Positions 58,460-64,000 of a stretch of 64,000 nucleotides of DNA are shown here, piece after piece (within the stretch, counting starts at the first letter, position 1; each line of letters starts with the position of its first letter). The stretch lies in the NCBI GenBank assembly GCA_965112155.1, contig OZ218105.1. One strand, given 5' to 3'. This stretch comes from Podarcis liolepis (taxonomy: Eukaryota). Position numbers and translations under genes: made by a program. The notes below the pieces were generated by a model. It did no database searches and was not told the origin of the DNA. It saw nothing but the letters and a program-made list of their open reading frames with translations.

Positions 58460-60299
58460 CCCTCATGTTCCAATGCCTAAATTAATACCCACCTACAAAA
58501 GCAGAAATGCAAATGGAAGAAATTGACACAAAACCGAATGCTAGATGCAGACGTGGCCAAACCCTTTTTTGTTTGGCCATAGGACCTTCTAGGCAGCCCT
58601 GTGTAGGGCACATGCCACTTGTGGATGGGTTCAAAGGCTAAAGTGAGTGGAACAATGAAACTAAATTTTACTTTTGTACAATTGTCCCTAACACACATTC
58701 ACCACCCCCTTTATCCTCTATTCAGGCAACTGTGAAGCATTATCAGAGGTCAAGGATACATTCCAGCCAGAAAAACCCCAAAAACATTCCAAGATGGTAT
58801 GAAGCACAGCTAGTCAGAGGTGTGGCCTGAGGGGAGAAGGTATGGCCTGAGGAGGTGGTGTGGCCTGGAGAAAGTCCCAAGGGCCAGAAAGGCCTGGAAG
58901 GACACATTTGGCCTGCAGGCCTGAGGTTCCCCACCCCTGCACTAAGGGCTGCATGTCTGTGGTGAGTATGGCAAAATTGCATACTCTGCAACATTTCTCT
59001 AATGAAAATAGGGGCGTTCTATTTCATCACCACCATCACCATCATCATTTTTTTATTTATACCCCGCACATCTAACTGGGTTGCCCCAACCACTATGGGT
59101 GGCTTTCAACATATATAAAAAAACATAATAAAACATTAAACATCTGTCTTTAGATGTCTTCTAAAGCTAGGATACTAAATTATCTGCTTGGCTCAGGGGT
59201 CGCATAACTCTGTACCCTCCACCATTTATCTGATGAAAATAGGGATGTCCTAAGGAAAAACGGGGCATTTCAGGATCAAATCAAAACCTGGGACGATCTT
59301 GATCAAATCAAAATCCAGAACTTAGGGACACTTAGAGGGTCTGAAATTGGCCAGCACAAACTCCCTCTGTTTTACACACACACACACACGCACACACACA
59401 CACACACACACTTGCTAATTCAGAGAGAGAATGTTCATACACATTCAGACAAACATGTCCATGGACACACACATATTCAGTAACTAGAGCCTTTGCCCCT
59501 GAGCTCTTTTTTTCCAGAAGGCTAGTTTGAGGAGGGATGGAAAGTTGGTCCCATTCCACAAAGAGAATTAATAGATAGAGTCACCTTGCCACAGCCCGTC
59601 CTCCTACATATTCTTCTTAACTCTGAGTGGGCACTGGGAACTATGCCCCCAAGGAAGCCACATTTGATTCTGGCCTTCCTAATCCTTAAAATTGTCCTCC
59701 TCATACATTAACACTTAATATAAACCTTCGCACACAATGAAGGTTTGCAACCTTCACTTCCTTTGTGATCTGTGGCCACAACCAGTCTAAATATAATGCA
59801 GCTTTTCATAATTTAAATGATGTAACATAACATGTAATTTCATCAGAAATTGGAGTTAATACAGTGTGAATTAATAGGCTACATCTATTTCCTGTTTATT
59901 TAAGACGTTCTAGGAGAGAACCACAGCGGACCCATTTGAACGAAAGCTCTGTGGCATTGGTTTACACAGTTATACGCAAAGCGGCAATAGAAAATTAGAT
60001 TACATAGCACAGCCTTGATAAAATGTTTAGTTAAAGCATGTTTAATTTGACCTGTTGGTTTGAGGCCAAATTTTGCAGTCAGCCATGAAGCAGTTGGGCA
60101 GCATGTGTGAAATTGAGGTTAGAACTGCTGCTGCTATACTTAAGTCTGCTGCAAGCTCATTAAATCACTGCTCTGTCCAAAACCCAAAAAAGGTCAATTA
60201 AAAGAAGAGGGGGGAAGTGCCACTTTTGGTGCACCCAGTGGATTTAGCAGGACCAGTGCTATGTTGTGACTTGTTTCCTTTTTTAGATTTTATAGTCTC

Positions 60300-60300
<1 letters not shown>

Positions 60301-60343
<43 letters not shown>
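60301..60343. repeat. (TATC)n microsatellite
   Basis: Directly visible. Confidence 0.95.
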
Positions 60344-61830
60344 TTAAAAAAAGCTTGTTGTGTGGCACAAGGAGAAGCTGTTTGAGACACATGAGACCAA
60401 ATTCCCCTAAGACATGGCTTATCTAGTTGCACAGTTTTGGTTTTGGTTTGTTTTTTACTCCAAGCTGTTATATTTATCTGGCCTGCCTATTTTTGCTCCA
60501 GATTTGGACTTTAAACATAGCAATGTGGCACAATTCTATACTACTTAGAATTCAGTCCCACTGAATTTAAGGAGGCTCATAGGTGGGCATAATATTGCAG
60601 TCTTGTGTGCTAAGCAGCAAATTTACACTCACTTGCCATAAACTAAGTCCCCTTGAACGCAATGGGATTCATTTGTGAGAACAACTACATTACACATTCA
60701 GTAGGGATGAGCGAATCTGTCAGTTGCAGCTTCTCATTTTTCAAGACTTCAGTTATCCCATTTCAACATCAGTTTGCTTTAACTTATGAAAACTCACCAG
60801 GATTTTAGTGCAAAATTCCCCAATATTTCTGTATGCAATTTTACCTAATACACACATTTTTCAAAGCAATTTTGCATAGTATAATGCATTTTTATATCTT
60901 ATTTTCACTATGATATGCATTTGATGCAAATTTTATCCTGGCATATGCATTCTGTACACATAGGGTCCATATCATATGGTTTAACATGCAGCGTGGTAGC
61001 TGCCAACAAATGGACCTCAGTCAGCAAGACTGCACTATATGGAAACCTGCCTGCATGAAGCAGCTCCTGCTGGCATCTTCCAACAGCTCACCACTTTCTC
61101 CTCATTCAAATTTTCCCCAGGATTGTACAGGTCAAAATTACTTGGTCTTGTTTCTGAAGTAGAACTGATGAATTTGAATCCATCATGATTTGATTGATTT
61201 TTATTTTTCAGCTTTGCTCAGAGCACTGTGAATGCACAGCTATCGATTCCTTCAATTCATTTGTGACTCTTCTCCACCCCACTCTGTATTACCAAATGTG
61301 TGTGTGTATTTCTAAAGCACTGCCAAAAAGCTGCACTCTCAGTGCGATTATTATATGATTGCATCCAGATTTTTGTTAATGCGTAAGTGCATATGTGTAT
61401 ATTAATAAAAAGCTGCACAAAAGGAATTGTTGTTGTTGTTGTTGTAATATTTTATTACCCACCCTTCAGCCTAAGATTTCATACTCATATTATTATCACA
61501 CGAAGACTTCACTTATTTTGGCAGTGTGCTAGCTGTACACACATGCACATTTGATTATGTACAGATTTTAAAATATGGAAATTTTCTGAAGAAACTGAAC
61601 TCCATTGCAAACTAGACAAGTTCCTATTCCATAAATAGTTTCAAAAATTGTCCTATTTTAGCAGCTAGAGAGACATGTTATTTATTGGCCTGTCAGTTAC
61701 AATTTAATCCATATGCTCACATTAAATTAACCATATGGGGTAATGCAGATCTGAAGACAGAGAAATAGTCTTGGGAGAAATGGTTAGAATGTGGAATATA
61801 TACATTATACCAGCTGAGAGGCTCAGACTG

Positions 61831-62148
61831 AGATTTGCCAATCAGAAGGTGGGCAGTTCAAATCGCCGTGAAGGCGTGAGCTCCCGTTGCTCGGTCGCTG
61901 CTCCTGCCCACCTAGCAGTTTGAAAGCACATTAAGTGCAAGTAGATAAATAGGTACCACTCTGGCGGGAAGGTAAACAATGTTTCTGTGCGCTGTTCTGG
62001 TTTGCCAGAATCGGCTTAGTCATGCTGGCCACATGACTCGGAAGCTGTCTGCAGACAACCCTGGCTCCCTCGGCCTATAGAGCGAGATGAGCACACAACC
62101 CCAGAGTCATCCGCAACTGGACCTAATGGTCAGGGGTACCTTTACCTT
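61831..62148 (+). mobile_element. Sauria SINE, 5'-truncated
   Basis: Body matches 16276-16579 and 30280-30637; GGGGTACCTTTACCTT tail. Confidence 0.88.
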
Positions 62149-62232
62149 AAACTGTTTGGTATTTACAGAAAACTAAGCCCATGTTTAAGCCAAGTTAAAT
62201 GGATTTTGGTAAGGTAGAAGTTTATAAATTTA

Positions 62233-62477
62233 GAGAAGAGTTTGGATTTGATATCCCGCTTTATCACTACCCGAAGGAGTCTCAAAGCAGCTAACATTCT
62301 CCTTTCCCTTCCTCCCCCACAACAAACACTCTGTGAGGTGAGTGGGGCTGAGAGACTTCAAAGAAGTGTGACTAGCCCAAGGTCACCCAGCAGCTGCATA
62401 TGGAGGAGCGGAGACGCGAACCCGGTTCCCCAGATTACAAGTCTACCGCTCTTAACCACTACACCACACTGGCTCTC
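62233..62477 (-). mobile_element. Squam3-like tRNA-derived SINE
   Basis: Close reverse-complement match to 58021-58262. Confidence 0.87.
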
Positions 62478-63009
62478 TGTGGAGAAGGGTGGAGCAGGGA
62501 ATTAGAAGGTATTATACAATGTAAACAATGGAAAATTGGTATAGAGTCTATACAAACTGTTTCTTTAGACCTCAAACTGAGATTGGTGCAGGAAAAGGCA
62601 GTCTTTTGAGCATACTACAACATTTGCATAGGAAAGCATTTATAATACAGATGTGGAAGATGTAATGCTGAGAATGCCTCTTATGACGTCAGCTTCTCCA
62701 GTTATATCTACCCTTTGGTCTTAATTTGTTACAGCACTTTTGTATTGGTGAAATCCTTGATATTTACAGATTTTCATGTACTTTTAAACTATATTCCTGT
62801 AGTATGGGGATTAATGGATGGACAGTGAAAGTTGAGTTTTTGATTCCTTATGGTGGCTAGGACACTTATACTTCAAGTCTGGAAAGAAAAATACCCAGTG
62901 GCATTTATAGTGGTCTTAGGACCTCACTGCCCTAGCTACTTTTCATATAGGCATCCATTTCATATGCATGTTGTCTGTTAAATTAATATACTTTCTGATT
63001 TGCTGAGAG

Positions 63010-63393
63010 TAGGGTTGGAAGGATCTGCCAGTTTAGGTTCTCTCTTGTTTCTCATTTTTACAAATCAAATTAAGTTCTCCACATCTTACAGCAATTTGCA
63101 ACAAAAATCCTCATTAAAATTCATTACCATTTTAATGCAAATTTTTCCTAGTAAACACACTTTATATGCAGTTTTCACTAATGTGTGTAAGTCCCCCTAA
63201 TATATTGCATTTTTGTATGTTCCTTTCATGAATATAATTGTTTTTATGCACACTTCCCCACAATATATGCATCTTTGTAAACATTGCTTAGTTGGAGAAC
63301 TGTGTCACAATGTGTATTCCAGTTCATATGTTGTTTTGGAAAGTGTGGGTTCAACAGTGTTAAATGAATCAAATTTCTCCTCCATTCCCCAGT
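63010..63393. mobile_element. Old non-autonomous DNA element with TAGGG...CCC termini (related copy at ~60702-60960)
   Basis: AGTAGGG(A/T)TG start and shared internal AT-rich repeats with the 60.7-kb copy. Confidence 0.5.
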
Positions 63394-63395
63394 TA

Positions 63396-63637
63396 CAGTG
63401 GTACTTCAGGTTAAGTACTTAATTCATTCCGGAGGTCCGTACTTAACCTGAAGCTGTTCTTAACCTGAAGCACCACTTTAGCTAATGGGGCCTCCTGCTG
63501 TTGCTGTGCTGCCGGAGCACGATTTCTGTTCTCAACCTGAAGCAAAGTTCTTAACCTGAAGCACTATTTCTGGGTTAGCGGAGTCTGTAACCTGAAGCGT
63601 ATGTAACCTGAAGCGTATGTAATCTGAGGTCCCACTG
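63396..63637 (-). mobile_element. Tc1/mariner MITE, family A (inverted)
   Basis: CAGTGGTACTTCAGGTTA...GAGGTCCCACTG with TA TSD; reverse complement of 5403-5625. Confidence 0.88.
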
Positions 63638-64000
63638 TAGTGGAAAGGTTAGATAATGTTGTATCCAAGCAAGTGTTGCCCACCCTTTCCAGTGCAGTTC
63701 CCTGTCACTTTCCTTGTTGCCAAACGTTCGATACTTTGAAGAAGCAGGTCTGTTACGCAAGACCTTCCAATCAAGTATAATTGTGCAACCTGCTGGTTTG
63801 TGATTGACTCTCACTAGTAAATAGCAACAGTGTAGAAGCATCCCATGTCCATTTTCTCTAAACTATATATAACTCTATACACTTTGATCATGTCACCACT
63901 TAATATATGGCACCATGCTTGTGTATTTTGTGACTGGCACATTATAAACTGCAGCTTCAGATATCTGGAAGGAGGCAGGTTATCTAACCACAAAAAAAGA

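Overview
This is eukaryotic, repeat-rich, mostly non-coding DNA. Its repeat set (Sauria SINEs, Squam3-like SINEs, Bov-B, L2, Neptune-type Penelope) points to a squamate reptile, probably a lacertid lizard (inference). I can recognise no host protein-coding exon. A CpG island at ~47.9-49.2 kb holds a likely promoter and non-coding first exon of a minus-strand gene I cannot name; 1-48 kb looks like its 5' introns, with candidate additional 5'UTR exons or promoters at ~47.4-47.75 kb, ~37.8-37.94 kb, ~2.84-3.15 kb and ~1.56-1.9 kb. Main elements: (1) a structurally complete Ty1/copia LTR retrotransposon (9258-14128, minus; 308-bp LTRs differing at 2 sites; TGGTA target-site duplication (TSD); half-tRNA-iMet primer site) whose gag-pol is nevertheless broken several times; (2) a degenerate pogo/POGK-like DNA transposon (27139-29899) split by a ~1-kb L1-5'-like insert, with its own MITE derivatives elsewhere in the window; (3) a nested old L2 / palindromic MITE / younger L2 stack (32.3-35.0 kb); (4) a young Neptune-type Penelope 3' fragment carrying a minimal hammerhead ribozyme (40324-40361, minus); (5) a hAT MITE with TTAGGG repeats next to the promoter; (6) a Bov-B fragment with internal deletions; and many MITEs and SINEs. 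Family names come from recalled motifs, not from database searches.
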